The notes under the pieces were generated by a model that had not been told where the DNA came from, did not search any database, and saw only the letters and a program-made list of their open reading frames with translations. A DNA stretch of 64,000 nt from an uncultured Rikenella sp. (lineage in GTDB: Bacteria; Bacteroidota; Bacteroidia; Bacteroidales; VadinHA17): positions 26,381 to 90,380 of the forward strand of contig CAZVLJ010000002.1 in assembly GCA_964627825.1 (NCBI GenBank), written 5' to 3'. Positions 1-8,896 of this stretch are shown here, in pieces (positions within the stretch are counted from its first letter, which is position 1; each line of letters opens with the position of its first letter). The position numbers were made by a program, and so were the translations under genes.

Positions 1-56
1 AACTCTTCAACTTTTTTAGTTAACATATTCTTGGTTTTAAATGGTTCTTTTTTCAT
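1..56 (-). CDS. 5' fragment of an unidentified CDS running off the window
   Basis: ATG at 56..54 on the minus strand, then an open frame to position 1 (MKKEPFKTKNMLTKKVEE..). It lies 24 nt downstream of the response-regulator stop on the same strand. Too short to name. Confidence 0.3.
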   Translation of the reverse strand, partial: MKKEPFKTKNMLTKKVEE

Positions 57-80
57 GTAACAAGTCAATGGCGGGAATGT

Positions 81-446
81 TTATCCGATCATCACCTTCA
101 CTTTTTTCACCAGTTCAGAGGGAAGGAAAGGTTTGGAGATCACATGGTCAGCTCCCAGCTTGCTGGCCATGAGGAGGTAGCTTCCCGGGCCTGCCTTGCC
201 TCCACCGCTGATGGCTATAAACCGTATTGAGGGTTTTATCTCCCTGATCTTCATTATTACCATCAGCCCGTCCTCTTCCGGCATCAGCAGGTCAGTGATG
301 ACGAGGTCTACCACCGAGGGTCGGAATTTGAGGAGAGCCTCTCTACCATTGGCTGCTGTTATGACGGTGTAATTTCTTCTCTCAAGGGACTCCCTGAGCA
401 GCTCCAGCAGTGTGGCATCATCTTCAACTATCATTACTCCTGCCAT
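81..446 (-). CDS. Single-domain response regulator (CheY-like receiver)
   Basis: 121 aa. Acidic pocket MIVEDD, phospho-acceptor Asp in DLVITDLLMPEEDG, conserved Ser (IAISGG) and Lys (ISKPF). No output domain. Confidence 0.88.
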   Translation of the reverse strand: MAGVMIVEDDATLLELLRESLERRNYTVITAANGREALLKFRPSVVDLVITDLLMPEEDGLMVIMKIREIKPSIRFIAISGGGKAGPGSYLLMASKLGADHVISKPFLPSELVKKVKVMIG

Positions 447-479
447 CTGAACGTCAGTTATTTCTTTGGGTGACCGAAA

Positions 480-1268
480 TTAATTCTTTTCATTGACAGA
501 GCCAAAAGTGGCATCAGGGAAAAGCATTTCGACTATTGTTCCCTGGCTTTTTGCTGATCTGACACTGATTGTGCCGCCTATCTCACTCAGGGCATCGCTG
601 ACCACGGTCAGTCCCAGGCCTGTTCCCTTGGCCCTCTCTTTTGTATAATAGGGCTCAAACATTTTTTCAATTGTAGTGCTGTCCATCCCTTTGCCGGTGT
701 CTCTGATTCTGATAAGGAGGCAAGAATCATTCTCATCCGGTCTGTTTCCCTTGTTGTTCAACGGACCATCAAGTGTTATTTCTATTGTCCCCTCCTTCTC
801 TTCAATAGCCTGGACGGCGTTCATGATCAGGTTGAGGAAGATTCTGAAGAGCTGTACCGGAACCGCATCAATTGTTGCTTCGGTTACATTGATCTTTCTA
901 ACAATCTTAATCCCGTTCGGCACTGAAGGTTTGATAAACTCAATTGTATCAGAGAGGATATCGGTCACCCTTACCGGTACCTTCTCGTCGGCAGCGCGCC
1001 GGCTTAATGATAGTAGTCTTGCCGTGAGCATCTTTGCTCTGTCGGCAGCAGAGATAATTCGTCTTACGGAGGTGGCTGTCTCGCTATCATCTCCTGCACT
1101 CTCCAGGGCCTGTTCGCTGAAGCCGTAGATAGTGGTTATCACAGTATTAAGATCATGAGCTATCCCTCCTGCTATTTTAGCAAGCTGAGCTGATGCCCGT
1201 GTGCCCACTTCATGGACATGGCCGTCTGCGGAAGCGGTATTCCTTTCCTGTTTACCTTTCACCGGCAT
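480..1268 (-). CDS. Sensor-less histidine kinase (HisKA + HATPase_c only)
   Basis: 262 aa. H-box GGIAHDLNTVIT, N-box FLNLIMNAVQA, G1 IRDTGKGM, G2 GTGLGL. Only about 35 aa precede the H-box, with no TM, PAS or GAF segment. Confidence 0.88.
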   Translation of the reverse strand: MPVKGKQERNTASADGHVHEVGTRASAQLAKIAGGIAHDLNTVITTIYGFSEQALESAGDDSETATSVRRIISAADRAKMLTARLLSLSRRAADEKVPVRVTDILSDTIEFIKPSVPNGIKIVRKINVTEATIDAVPVQLFRIFLNLIMNAVQAIEEKEGTIEITLDGPLNNKGNRPDENDSCLLIRIRDTGKGMDSTTIEKMFEPYYTKERAKGTGLGLTVVSDALSEIGGTISVRSAKSQGTIVEMLFPDATFGSVNEKN

Positions 1269-1278
1269 CTGTTTTTGT

Positions 1279-3012
1279 TTACTCGAAATCCAGGTTAAAG
1301 GTCTTCTTCAGATCTTTAAGCGCGGGATTCCCTGCTGCCAGGTGGTTAAACTTCTGCTCGGGTGAATAGAGTATCTCCCCCCTTTCTGTTGCCTCAACAA
1401 TTGTCTGAAGACTAATCTGGCTGTTTTGCAGTGTGCGGCGGAGATGGCCTTCCATCCTGGGCTTGAAATTATGATCGAACGCCTCTTTCAGGGCTGAATT
1501 GTCGAGCCGGAGTACAACTGTCCTGTCAGGGAGCAGTTCGGGTGACACTGATGACAGGGTGACGGCAATCCTCGGGCTTTCCTCTTGTACTTCAGTGGCG
1601 AATGAGACCCATGCTTTCAGCAGATCATCGCCGGTAAAATCAATATCTTCCCCCTGTGCAGATAACTCACCGGCAGGCTCATTCAAAGTGTCTCCGGCAG
1701 CTTTTGAGCCTGCCATGATCTCTCTGATTGATACTTTTCGTGTTTCCTCCCGTGAGGGTATGGTTTTATGAGGGGCAGCGGCAGTGGACTGCTGGTCAGC
1801 CACTGGTGTTGATTGCTTCGTGGCAGCGGGAGAGCGGGCCGGTGGTGCAACAGTGAACTCCTGCTCATCATCCTGAGGTGCAGGTTCAGCTTTTTTTTTT
1901 GACTCCTCCGGGCGCCTTTCTTCAGAAAGGTTGCACATGCGCAGCAGTGCCAGCTCAACATGCAATCGTTGATTTTTGCTGCTGCGGAAGTTGAGCATGC
2001 ACTGTGATCCTATGTCCAGTGCCTCATATATGAAGGTCAGCCGTGCCTTTATGGCCTGCTCGCGGTAGCGTAGCCTGATAGACGGAGATGTCTCCAGCAG
2101 TTTAACCGTGGATTCATCGCGACTAACAAGCAGGTCACGCAGGTGATTGTTCAGGCCTGCCATGAAGTTGTAGCCATCAAATCCTTTGTTTAGTATCTCG
2201 TTGAAGGTAAGCAGTGCCGAGGCTACATCCCCTTCTATGGCTGCCGATGTAATACGGAAGTAGTACTCATAGTCAAGTACATTAAGATTGGCAATGACAT
2301 CAGCATAGGCAATATTTTTACCGCTGAAGCTCACTATCTGATCAAAGATGGAGAGTGCGTCGCGCATTGCTCCGTCAGCCTTGGTAGCGATCACGTGCAA
2401 TGCCTCATGTTCTGCATTCACGCCCTCATTGCCGGCAACAAACGTGAGTCGCTGAACTATATCATCAACATTGATCCGGTTGAAGTCAAATATCTGACAC
2501 CGTGAAAGGATAGTGGGGATGATCTTGTGCTTTTCGGTTGTTGCCAGTATGAAGATAGCGTGTGCAGGGGGTTCTTCCAGTGTCTTCAGGAAGGCGTTGA
2601 AAGCCTGCGTAGAGAGCATATGTACCTCATCAATGATATAGACGCTGAATTTTCCGACCTGTGGAGGTATCCTTACCTGGTCAGTCAGGTTACGTATGTC
2701 GTCAACACTGTTGTTTGAGGCTGCGTCAAGCTCATGGATATTGAATGATGCCTGGGAGTTGAATGACCTGCATGACTCGCATTTGTCACATGCTTCACCG
2801 TCAGGGCCCGGTTCGGAGCAGTTGATTGTTTTGGCAAAGATCCTGGCACAGGTGGTTTTGCCAACTCCTCTCGGACCGCAGAAGAGGTAGGCCTGTGCCA
2901 GAAGGTTGTTCCTGATGGCATTTTTCAGTGTAGTGGTTATGGTATCCTGCCCCACGACCATGTCAAAAGTGGCAGGTCTGTATTTGCGTGCAGAAACAAT
3001 AAAGTTATCCAT
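1279..3012 (-). CDS. dnaX: DNA polymerase III subunit tau (gamma/tau)
   Basis: 577 aa. Walker A GPRGVGKTT, Cys-rich Zn module (CSEPGPDGEACDKCESC), Walker B YIIDEVHML, SRC motif LSRCQ, Pro/Ala/Gln-rich linker, then a tau-type C-terminus. Confidence 0.96.
   Translation of the reverse strand: MDNFIVSARKYRPATFDMVVGQDTITTTLKNAIRNNLLAQAYLFCGPRGVGKTTCARIFAKTINCSEPGPDGEACDKCESCRSFNSQASFNIHELDAASNNSVDDIRNLTDQVRIPPQVGKFSVYIIDEVHMLSTQAFNAFLKTLEEPPAHAIFILATTEKHKIIPTILSRCQIFDFNRINVDDIVQRLTFVAGNEGVNAEHEALHVIATKADGAMRDALSIFDQIVSFSGKNIAYADVIANLNVLDYEYYFRITSAAIEGDVASALLTFNEILNKGFDGYNFMAGLNNHLRDLLVSRDESTVKLLETSPSIRLRYREQAIKARLTFIYEALDIGSQCMLNFRSSKNQRLHVELALLRMCNLSEERRPEESKKKAEPAPQDDEQEFTVAPPARSPAATKQSTPVADQQSTAAAPHKTIPSREETRKVSIREIMAGSKAAGDTLNEPAGELSAQGEDIDFTGDDLLKAWVSFATEVQEESPRIAVTLSSVSPELLPDRTVVLRLDNSALKEAFDHNFKPRMEGHLRRTLQNSQISLQTIVEATERGEILYSPEQKFNHLAAGNPALKDLKKTFNLDFE
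1886..1910 (-). promoter_or_regulatory. Candidate -1 frameshift / transcriptional slippage site in dnaX (A10 run, upstream GGAGG, -1-frame UGA)
   Basis: The coding strand reads CGGAGGAG UCA AAA AAA AAA GCU GAA (T10 on the plus strand at 1891..1900). The -1 frame reads AAA AAA AAA AGC UGA, with the stop at 1888..1886. Confidence 0.5.
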
Positions 3013-3097
3013 TGATGGTTTTTACAGTGTATTTAGATATCAATCACAAATATAGTCAAATAGTTTTCGGAATATTTTTTTTTAATATTAAATGTCT

Positions 3098-3105
3098 TAC
3101 TTTTG
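3098..3105 (+). promoter_or_regulatory. Bacteroidota-type -7 promoter box (TACTTTTG) for rpsF-rpsR-rplI
   Basis: Exact match to TAnnTTTG, 41 nt upstream of the rpsF ATG. Confidence 0.5.
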
Positions 3106-3145
3106 CATCCCAATTTATTAACACTAAATAAAAAGCAATTAAGAG

Positions 3146-3499
3146 ATGTTGAATCAGTACGAAACCGTTTTCATTGCAACTCCCGTTTTGTCTGAGAATC
3201 AGATGAAGGAAGCGGTTCAGAAGTTCAAGAAGATCATCACTGACAACGAAGGTGAGATCATTCATGAAGAGAACTGGGGTCTGAAGAAACTCGCTTATCC
3301 GATCCAGAAGAAGTCGACAGGCTTTTATTACCTGGTTGAATTCAAGGGTCCGGGCGAGATGGTAGATAAGCTGGAAGTACAGTTCAGGAGGGATGAGAGG
3401 ATCATCCGATTCCTTACCTTCCGTATGGACAAGTATGCTGTAGAGTATGCTGAGAAAAAGAGAAAGATGAAGGAAACTGAAAAAGTCGGGGAGGAATAA
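3146..3499 (+). CDS. rpsF: 30S ribosomal protein S6
   Basis: 117 aa, [13 protein letters not shown].. S6 family. It is followed directly by S18 and L9, as in the conserved cluster. Confidence 0.95.
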   Translation: MLNQYETVFIATPVLSENQMKEAVQKFKKIITDNEGEIIHEENWGLKKLAYPIQKKSTGFYYLVEFKGPGEMVDKLEVQFRRDERIIRFLTFRMDKYAVEYAEKKRKMKETEKVGEE

Positions 3500-3501
3500 T
3501 C

Positions 3502-3771
3502 ATGGCACAGAACAATTCAGAGATCAGGTACCTGACACCGCCTACAGTAGAGATCAAGAAGAAGAAATACTGCAGGTTCAGGAAGAACAAGATCAAGTAC
3601 ATTGACTACAAGGACCCCGAGTTCCTGAAGAAGTTTCTCAATGAGCAGGGTAAGATTCTGCCCCGCCGTATCACCGGCACCTCGCTCAAATACCAGAGAA
3701 GGGTAGCAAAGGCAATAAAGCGTGCCCGTCACCTTGCCATGCTTCCGTATGTAGCTGACCTGTTAAAGTAA
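3502..3771 (+). CDS. rpsR: 30S ribosomal protein S18
   Basis: 89 aa; ..[45 protein letters not shown]. Confidence 0.95.
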   Translation: MAQNNSEIRYLTPPTVEIKKKKYCRFRKNKIKYIDYKDPEFLKKFLNEQGKILPRRITGTSLKYQRRVAKAIKRARHLAMLPYVADLLK

Positions 3772-3784
3772 AGGAGGAATAGAG

Positions 3785-4231
3785 ATGAAGATAATACTGA
3801 AACAGGATTTAGATAAGTTAGGTCAGAAGAATGACATTGTCACCGTCAAGACCGGTTACGCCAGGAATTTTCTCATTCCGAAGGGATTTGCCATACAGGC
3901 GACCGATTCTGCAATCAAGATCCATAATGAGAACCTGAAGCAGAGGGCTCACAAGGAGGAACAGATCAGGAAAGAGGCTGAGAAACTGGCCGAGAAGCTT
4001 GCCGGAGTGAAGCTGGTGATAGGCGCCAAGGTAAGTTCAGCAGGCAAGATATTCGGATCAGTCAACACTATCCAGATTGCTGAAGCCCTTAATGAGAAGG
4101 GTTTTGAGATTGAGCGCAAGAATATCCTCCTCGGTGAGGATGCCATCAAGGAGGCAGGAAGCTACAAGGCGGCAGTCAGGCTGCACCGCGATGTAAAGGT
4201 GGAGATAGATTTCGAGGTTGTGGCCGAATAA
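3785..4231 (+). CDS. rplI: 50S ribosomal protein L9
   Basis: 148 aa; MKIILKQDLDKLGQKNDIVTVKTGYARNFLIPKG; AAGGAGG 8 nt upstream. Confidence 0.95.
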   Translation: MKIILKQDLDKLGQKNDIVTVKTGYARNFLIPKGFAIQATDSAIKIHNENLKQRAHKEEQIRKEAEKLAEKLAGVKLVIGAKVSSAGKIFGSVNTIQIAEALNEKGFEIERKNILLGEDAIKEAGSYKAAVRLHRDVKVEIDFEVVAE

Positions 4232-4256
4232 TTCCACAAACCATATTGATATGCAG

Positions 4257-4285
4257 GTAACGGGGGGTCTGAGACCCCCCGTTAC
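4257..4285. repeat. Palindromic G6/C6 hairpin repeat, copy 1 (GTAACGGGGGGTC-tga-GACCCCCCGTTAC)
   Basis: Perfect 13-bp arms with a 3-nt loop, in the rplI/ridA convergent spacer. Confidence 0.85.
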
Positions 4286-4320
4286 TGTATACAGATGCGA
4301 ATCTGTCTGGTATGCGGGAT

Positions 4321-4347
4321 GCAACGGGTCTGAGACCCCCCCGTTAC
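4321..4347. repeat. Palindromic hairpin repeat, copy 2, with unequal homopolymers (G3 versus C7)
   Basis: GCAACGGGTC-tga-GACCCCCCCGTTAC. Same core as copy 1, but the left arm has 3 G and the right arm 7 C. Confidence 0.8.
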
Positions 4348-4351
4348 CATA

Positions 4352-4729
4352 TCATTTGACCGCCACGGTCTCTATCTCAATGAGGGCACCCAGCGGCAGT
4401 CCCTTAACGGCGAAGGCAGCCCTGGCAGGCTGATCAGCAGTATAGAACTGTGCATAGACCTCATTCATAGCCTTGAAGTCTGCCATTTCAGAGAGCAGGC
4501 AGGTTGATTTGACCACGTCATTCATAGTGTATCCTGCAGCGATGAGTATTGCCCTGATGTTTTTCAGTACCTGTGTGGTCTGTTCAGTTATGCCTCCCTC
4601 AACCATCTTTCCTGTTGCAGGGTCCACCGGCACCTGTCCTGATATGTAAAGCGTTCCGTCGGCCTCCACGGCCTGGCTATAGGGGCCGATGGCTCCCGGG
4701 GCAGCTGTTGTGCTGATGATTTTTTTCAT
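4352..4729 (-). CDS. ridA: RidA/YjgF family reactive-intermediate deaminase
   Basis: MKKIISTTAAPGAIGPYSQA.. ..PARAAFAVKGLPLGALIEIE. Start set at ATG 4729; the longest ORF reaches 4783 and would overlap the upstream gene. Confidence 0.9.
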   Translation of the reverse strand: MKKIISTTAAPGAIGPYSQAVEADGTLYISGQVPVDPATGKMVEGGITEQTTQVLKNIRAILIAAGYTMNDVVKSTCLLSEMADFKAMNEVYAQFYTADQPARAAFAVKGLPLGALIEIETVAVK

Positions 4730-4748
4730 GCCTGATCTTGTTATCTCG

Positions 4749-7511
4749 TTAGTAGTTATCATGGTAATCCTTTCTGCGTTCATACTTGAGGTCCTGCAGC
4801 ATGCTTGCCTTAGCCCTGATGGTAAAGTTCCAGCTCTTCATGTATCCTACGGGGATCCATGAGAAGCTCATCTCCCAGCAATGGAGATCACGACTGATAC
4901 CCACGCGGGTCATAGTGATCTCATTCTGTTTGAAATCGAAACCTGTATTGTAATTGATTGCCATCTTTGGAGTGAGCTTCACGTTCCCTGACATTGTCAT
5001 TGTCTGGTTTATGTTGGTTCTCAGTCCCGACTTACTATAATTGAAGTTGTATGCCATTCTGAGTGACCAGGGGACATCAAACCTGGCATATCCGTACTCG
5101 TCCAGGTCTTTGTTGGCCAGGGGCAGATTGCCTGATGCGGCCCCTCCCAAAGCGCCGGGCTCACCCATCTCCCGTCCGGGTGTTCCCTGAGATGTCTGTC
5201 CGGATGACTGCTGCTGGCTGCCGCGGTCCTTCCCTCCCAGCAACTGTCCAAGGTCAAGATCGAAGCTCATATTGAAGCTGGTCATCCTGGCAAGCCCCAG
5301 ACCCTGACTTATGGCCAGCTGGTTCACCGTTCCGCCATTGGCATTCATTCCGTAGAGGGTAAAGCTGCTTCCGGCCTGAACGTTGATATTCTGTGCGAGG
5401 GTTGTCCGGAAAGACATACTGATGGGCGACCAGTTAAGTGAATCGGCAAACAGGTTATAAGAAGTATTAAGTGACAGACTCTCAATAAGCTTAACCTTTT
5501 TCGGCTTTCCGGTTGTATCATTTTTGGCGTACATCTTTGCCTCCACGAGATTGGTAAGGCTGAATGAGACCGATCCCGATCGTCTTCCGCTGGACGGTGT
5601 TCCGTAGATACTTCCGTCATAGTAAGAATACAGCCGTTTCCTGCCCGAATCATCATACTGGACGCTGTCATGCATTCTGGAAGTCAGCCAGTCGGCTTCG
5701 GGAGAGTAGGAGAAGCCCACTGATGGTTTCATTACATGTCTTATAGATTCAATCCTGGAGCCCTTTTTCGTAAATGAAAATGTTCCATACAGTGAGGGAT
5801 TAAATGAGGCGCCAAGTGTGGGCACCAGGGCCTGGCCGTAGGTTAATCCTCGAATTGTATCATTGACCACTGACGGGACCACCGTGTTCCTGGTTTCGTC
5901 ATAATAATCCGGATCCCATCTCTTGTGAATCTGCTGTGTATAAAGCACCCCGGTATAGCGGAGTGAGGGTGAGATTGAAAAATTGTTGAAAGGTCTTATC
6001 TGAAGGCTCAGAGGTACTTCATGCTTGAACCCGGTCTGCATGCTCTTCCAGACGGCGCTGGTAAAGAGGAGGCTGTCATAGGTGTTGATCTTGTTCTCAA
6101 AGGAGGCTGTATACTGGGTGGTGATGTCATGGTACCACCTGCTTGTGCCAACCAGCTTCTTTGGCTTGAAGGGATAGATTCTGGATACGGTGAGGGAGCC
6201 CCTGGGCAGGCTCAGGTTCATTGTTTTCCTGCGTGTATCCTGGTTCAGGTTCAGGCTTGAGGAAAAACTAATGGGGGTGCCTGCCCATGATTTTGAGTAG
6301 TTTATGTTAGATTGCCTTGAGGTAGTAACATGATCAGTCACATCGTAACTGTTCTCCTTGTCATAACCGCTTGATTTCATGTTTACGCTGGCTGAGAATC
6401 TGGAACCGGGATTAGCCTTGGCGTCTTGAGAGTGGCTCCAGCTGATGCCATAGTTGACGTTCTGGCCATAGTCAGGCATACCCTTGTAGCTGGTAACGTT
6501 GTTTGCATAGCTGAAAGCAAAGGAGCCCGAGAAACGGTATCGCAGCCGGTATGAGGTAGCCGCATCGGCAAGCCAGGTGCCGTTGGTATAGATTGTACCG
6601 GTCAGCTTGAGATCAAAATAATCACTCAGGGCAAAATAGTAACCTCCGTTTGAAAGGTAATAACCCCGTCGCGTCTCCTGTCCGTACCTGGGCATGACTA
6701 TTCCTGAGGCTCTCTTCTGCTGTACGGGGAAGAAGCCGAAGGGCAGTATCAGGGGCAATGGTATATCTGCAACAACCATATAGGCTGGTCCGGAGACAAT
6801 CTTTTCCCCCGGGTATACCTTGGCTTTGGGTAAAGCCAGATAAAAATGCGGTTCCTCGGCCTCACAGGTAGTAAATTTACTGCGGTTGACATGGAGGGTC
6901 CCATCCTCATGTCTCTTGGTTGTCAGGCTCTGCAGGTAGCCTCCCTCCTGCTCTGTGGTAACATTGCGGATAACTCCCTTTTTTGATTTGAAATTATAGG
7001 TCAGTTCCTTCGATTCAAACTCCTCCGAGCCATCCTTGTAGACAGGCAATCCGATCATCTTCCCTGTTGAATCAATCCTGCCCGTAGCGTACACCGAGCC
7101 GGTCTCCATGTCAAGTACTATGGAATCAGCTGTCAGTTCAGTTGTTCCATAGGTGACCTTTGCGCTCTGTACAAGGCTCACCTTGCGGGTTCGCAGGTCC
7201 GTTTTCATATACCCTTCGGCGTTGTATATGATTGGTTCATCAACGGCATCGGGAGAGATTCCCAGTGGTGGTTTTACACCTGCAGTGTCCTGCTGATCAT
7301 TCTGGATTGGGTCAATGATACGCGGGGTTTCCGGGAGATCCTGTCCGGCCACAGTCAGCGTATCGGGCAGCGTTCTCCTCAAAGAGTCGGGACTTTCAGG
7401 CTCCTGAGCAGACAATGCCGTTGTGAAGAGAATCGGCATGAAAATTGTCACAATCAATCTTTGTGCGACAAAATGCAAGTTAAATGCTATTTTTGCGTAG
7501 TTGTTGTGCAT
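4749..7511 (-). CDS. LptD/OstA-like outer-membrane LPS-assembly protein (putative)
   Basis: Long beta-rich secreted protein with FTTCE..PHFY..KAKVYP and DIPLPLILPFGFFP motifs typical of LptD. Start set at ATG 7511, supported by the minus-strand TAGTTTTG box at 7536..7529. The longest ORF reaches 7574. Confidence 0.7.
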   Translation of the reverse strand: MHNNYAKIAFNLHFVAQRLIVTIFMPILFTTALSAQEPESPDSLRRTLPDTLTVAGQDLPETPRIIDPIQNDQQDTAGVKPPLGISPDAVDEPIIYNAEGYMKTDLRTRKVSLVQSAKVTYGTTELTADSIVLDMETGSVYATGRIDSTGKMIGLPVYKDGSEEFESKELTYNFKSKKGVIRNVTTEQEGGYLQSLTTKRHEDGTLHVNRSKFTTCEAEEPHFYLALPKAKVYPGEKIVSGPAYMVVADIPLPLILPFGFFPVQQKRASGIVMPRYGQETRRGYYLSNGGYYFALSDYFDLKLTGTIYTNGTWLADAATSYRLRYRFSGSFAFSYANNVTSYKGMPDYGQNVNYGISWSHSQDAKANPGSRFSASVNMKSSGYDKENSYDVTDHVTTSRQSNINYSKSWAGTPISFSSSLNLNQDTRRKTMNLSLPRGSLTVSRIYPFKPKKLVGTSRWYHDITTQYTASFENKINTYDSLLFTSAVWKSMQTGFKHEVPLSLQIRPFNNFSISPSLRYTGVLYTQQIHKRWDPDYYDETRNTVVPSVVNDTIRGLTYGQALVPTLGASFNPSLYGTFSFTKKGSRIESIRHVMKPSVGFSYSPEADWLTSRMHDSVQYDDSGRKRLYSYYDGSIYGTPSSGRRSGSVSFSLTNLVEAKMYAKNDTTGKPKKVKLIESLSLNTSYNLFADSLNWSPISMSFRTTLAQNINVQAGSSFTLYGMNANGGTVNQLAISQGLGLARMTSFNMSFDLDLGQLLGGKDRGSQQQSSGQTSQGTPGREMGEPGALGGAASGNLPLANKDLDEYGYARFDVPWSLRMAYNFNYSKSGLRTNINQTMTMSGNVKLTPKMAINYNTGFDFKQNEITMTRVGISRDLHCWEMSFSWIPVGYMKSWNFTIRAKASMLQDLKYERRKDYHDNY
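7488..7495 (+). promoter_or_regulatory. -7 promoter box TATTTTTG for the amidase gene
   Basis: Exact TAnnTTTG, 24 nt upstream of ATG 7519. It overlaps the 5' end of the divergent LptD-like gene. Confidence 0.45.
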
Positions 7512-7518
7512 CTCTGAC

Positions 7519-8889
7519 ATGCCAGCGACAAAACTAATTAAAATTCGCATAGCAGTAATGCGGCAAAGTACCAAAATAAGAGGCTTAAAAGATATTCTGG
7601 CAGGTGCCTTCCTGCTGGCAGCAATTTCTGTGCCAGCAGGACTCTTTGCACAACCCTTGCCGGCAGTAGATGAATGGGTTGTGGTTATTGATGCAGGTCA
7701 TGGAGGAAGGGATCCCGGCGCTGTCGGCTCCCGCTCCAGGGAAAAGAATATCAACCTGTCTGTTGCACTTAAGACAGGTAATTATATCAACAAGCATCTG
7801 CAGGATGTCAAGGTTGTATACACCAGGGATGATGATACTTTCATCGGTCTGGCGGAGAGAGCTGAGATAGCCAACAGGCACAAGGCTGACCTCTTCATAT
7901 CTATTCATTCCAATGCAATGACTGACAAGCGTTTTACAGGTGCTGAGACATATGTACTGGGGCAGACCATGGATGAGGCCAACCTGCAGGTGGCTATGAA
8001 GGAAAACTCTGTTATTACTTTTGAAAAGGATTACGAGACTAAATATGAAGGATTTGATCCCAATTCGGTTGAGTCATATATAATCTTCTCATTGATGCAG
8101 AACACCTATCTCAAGCAGAGCACTGAGTTCGCCACCCTGATACAGGACCAGTTCCGTGACAGGGTCGGGAGGAGAGACAGAGGTGTCAGGCAGGCAGGAT
8201 TCCAGGTTCTCTGGAGGACAACCATGCCCTCGGTGCTTGTGGAGCTGGGTTTTGTCACCAATCCAGATGAGGAAAAGTTCCTCTTGTCAGAGCTGGGTCA
8301 GGATTATCTTGCGTCTGCCATCTTCAGGGCTTTCAGGGACTACAAGCAGATCATTGACAACCGTTCAGGGTTGAATAACGGAGGTATCAGGGCTGAGGCA
8401 ACAGACAGGGCTGCTGGTACGGCAGAAAGCTCTGCAGACCAAACCACTGAGGTGGCCACGGGCGGAAGCAACACCACCTCAGTCAATCCCCAACCCGTGA
8501 CAGCATCAGCACCATCCGGCGCAGTAGCTACGGCACCGGCAACGGCGGGGGCAGCCACGTCAGTAAGTGATACCGGTGGCATGCCGGCTTCAACAGGTAC
8601 TGCCAGACCTTCCGGCGAGGATGATGAGATAGTATTCATGGTACAGATAGCAGCTATGCCCAGGGGCAGAACACTGAATCAGAGTCAGTTGAAGGGAGCA
8701 GATCAGATCAGCACCATAGAAGATGGCGAACGTACTAAATATGTGTCCGGAAAATTCGTTGTATATGATGATGCTCTGAAGCACAGGCGAACACTCACGG
8801 GCAGATTTCCCGATGCCTTCGTCATAGCTGTAAGGAATGGAAAGATAATGCCTCTGAGAGAGGCTATTGAAGCAAAGAAAAGAAAATAA
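7519..8889 (+). CDS. N-acetylmuramoyl-L-alanine amidase (Amidase_3) with C-terminal SPOR domain
   Basis: VVIDAGHGGRDPGA, ADLFISIHSNA, GFQVLWRTTMPSVLVELGFVTNPDEE. An Ala/Thr/Ser/Gly-rich linker is followed by a SPOR-like end (IVFMVQIAAM..KYVSGKFVVYDDALKHR). ATG 7558 is an alternative start. Confidence 0.9.
   Translation: MPATKLIKIRIAVMRQSTKIRGLKDILAGAFLLAAISVPAGLFAQPLPAVDEWVVVIDAGHGGRDPGAVGSRSREKNINLSVALKTGNYINKHLQDVKVVYTRDDDTFIGLAERAEIANRHKADLFISIHSNAMTDKRFTGAETYVLGQTMDEANLQVAMKENSVITFEKDYETKYEGFDPNSVESYIIFSLMQNTYLKQSTEFATLIQDQFRDRVGRRDRGVRQAGFQVLWRTTMPSVLVELGFVTNPDEEKFLLSELGQDYLASAIFRAFRDYKQIIDNRSGLNNGGIRAEATDRAAGTAESSADQTTEVATGGSNTTSVNPQPVTASAPSGAVATAPATAGAATSVSDTGGMPASTGTARPSGEDDEIVFMVQIAAMPRGRTLNQSQLKGADQISTIEDGERTKYVSGKFVVYDDALKHRRTLTGRFPDAFVIAVRNGKIMPLREAIEAKKRK
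7529..7536 (-). promoter_or_regulatory. -7 promoter box TAGTTTTG for the LptD-like gene
   Basis: Reverse complement of CAAAACTA; 18 nt upstream of ATG 7511 on the minus strand. Confidence 0.45.
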
Positions 8890-8896
8890 CAGACCT

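Noticed and set aside
1683-1961. +1-frame ORF (92 aa) inside dnaX as an alternative recoding product
   Set aside because: It is open by chance in a Pro/Ala-rich region and gives a low-complexity translation. The -1 frame with its immediate stop is the pattern known from other dnaX genes, so only that is proposed.
4058-4433. ORFs 4058..4324 (-) and 4218..4433 (+)
   Set aside because: They span the intergenic G6/C6 hairpin repeats, which accounts for the duplicated VTGGLRPPVT in both translations. They also overlap the ends of rplI and ridA. There is no coding support.
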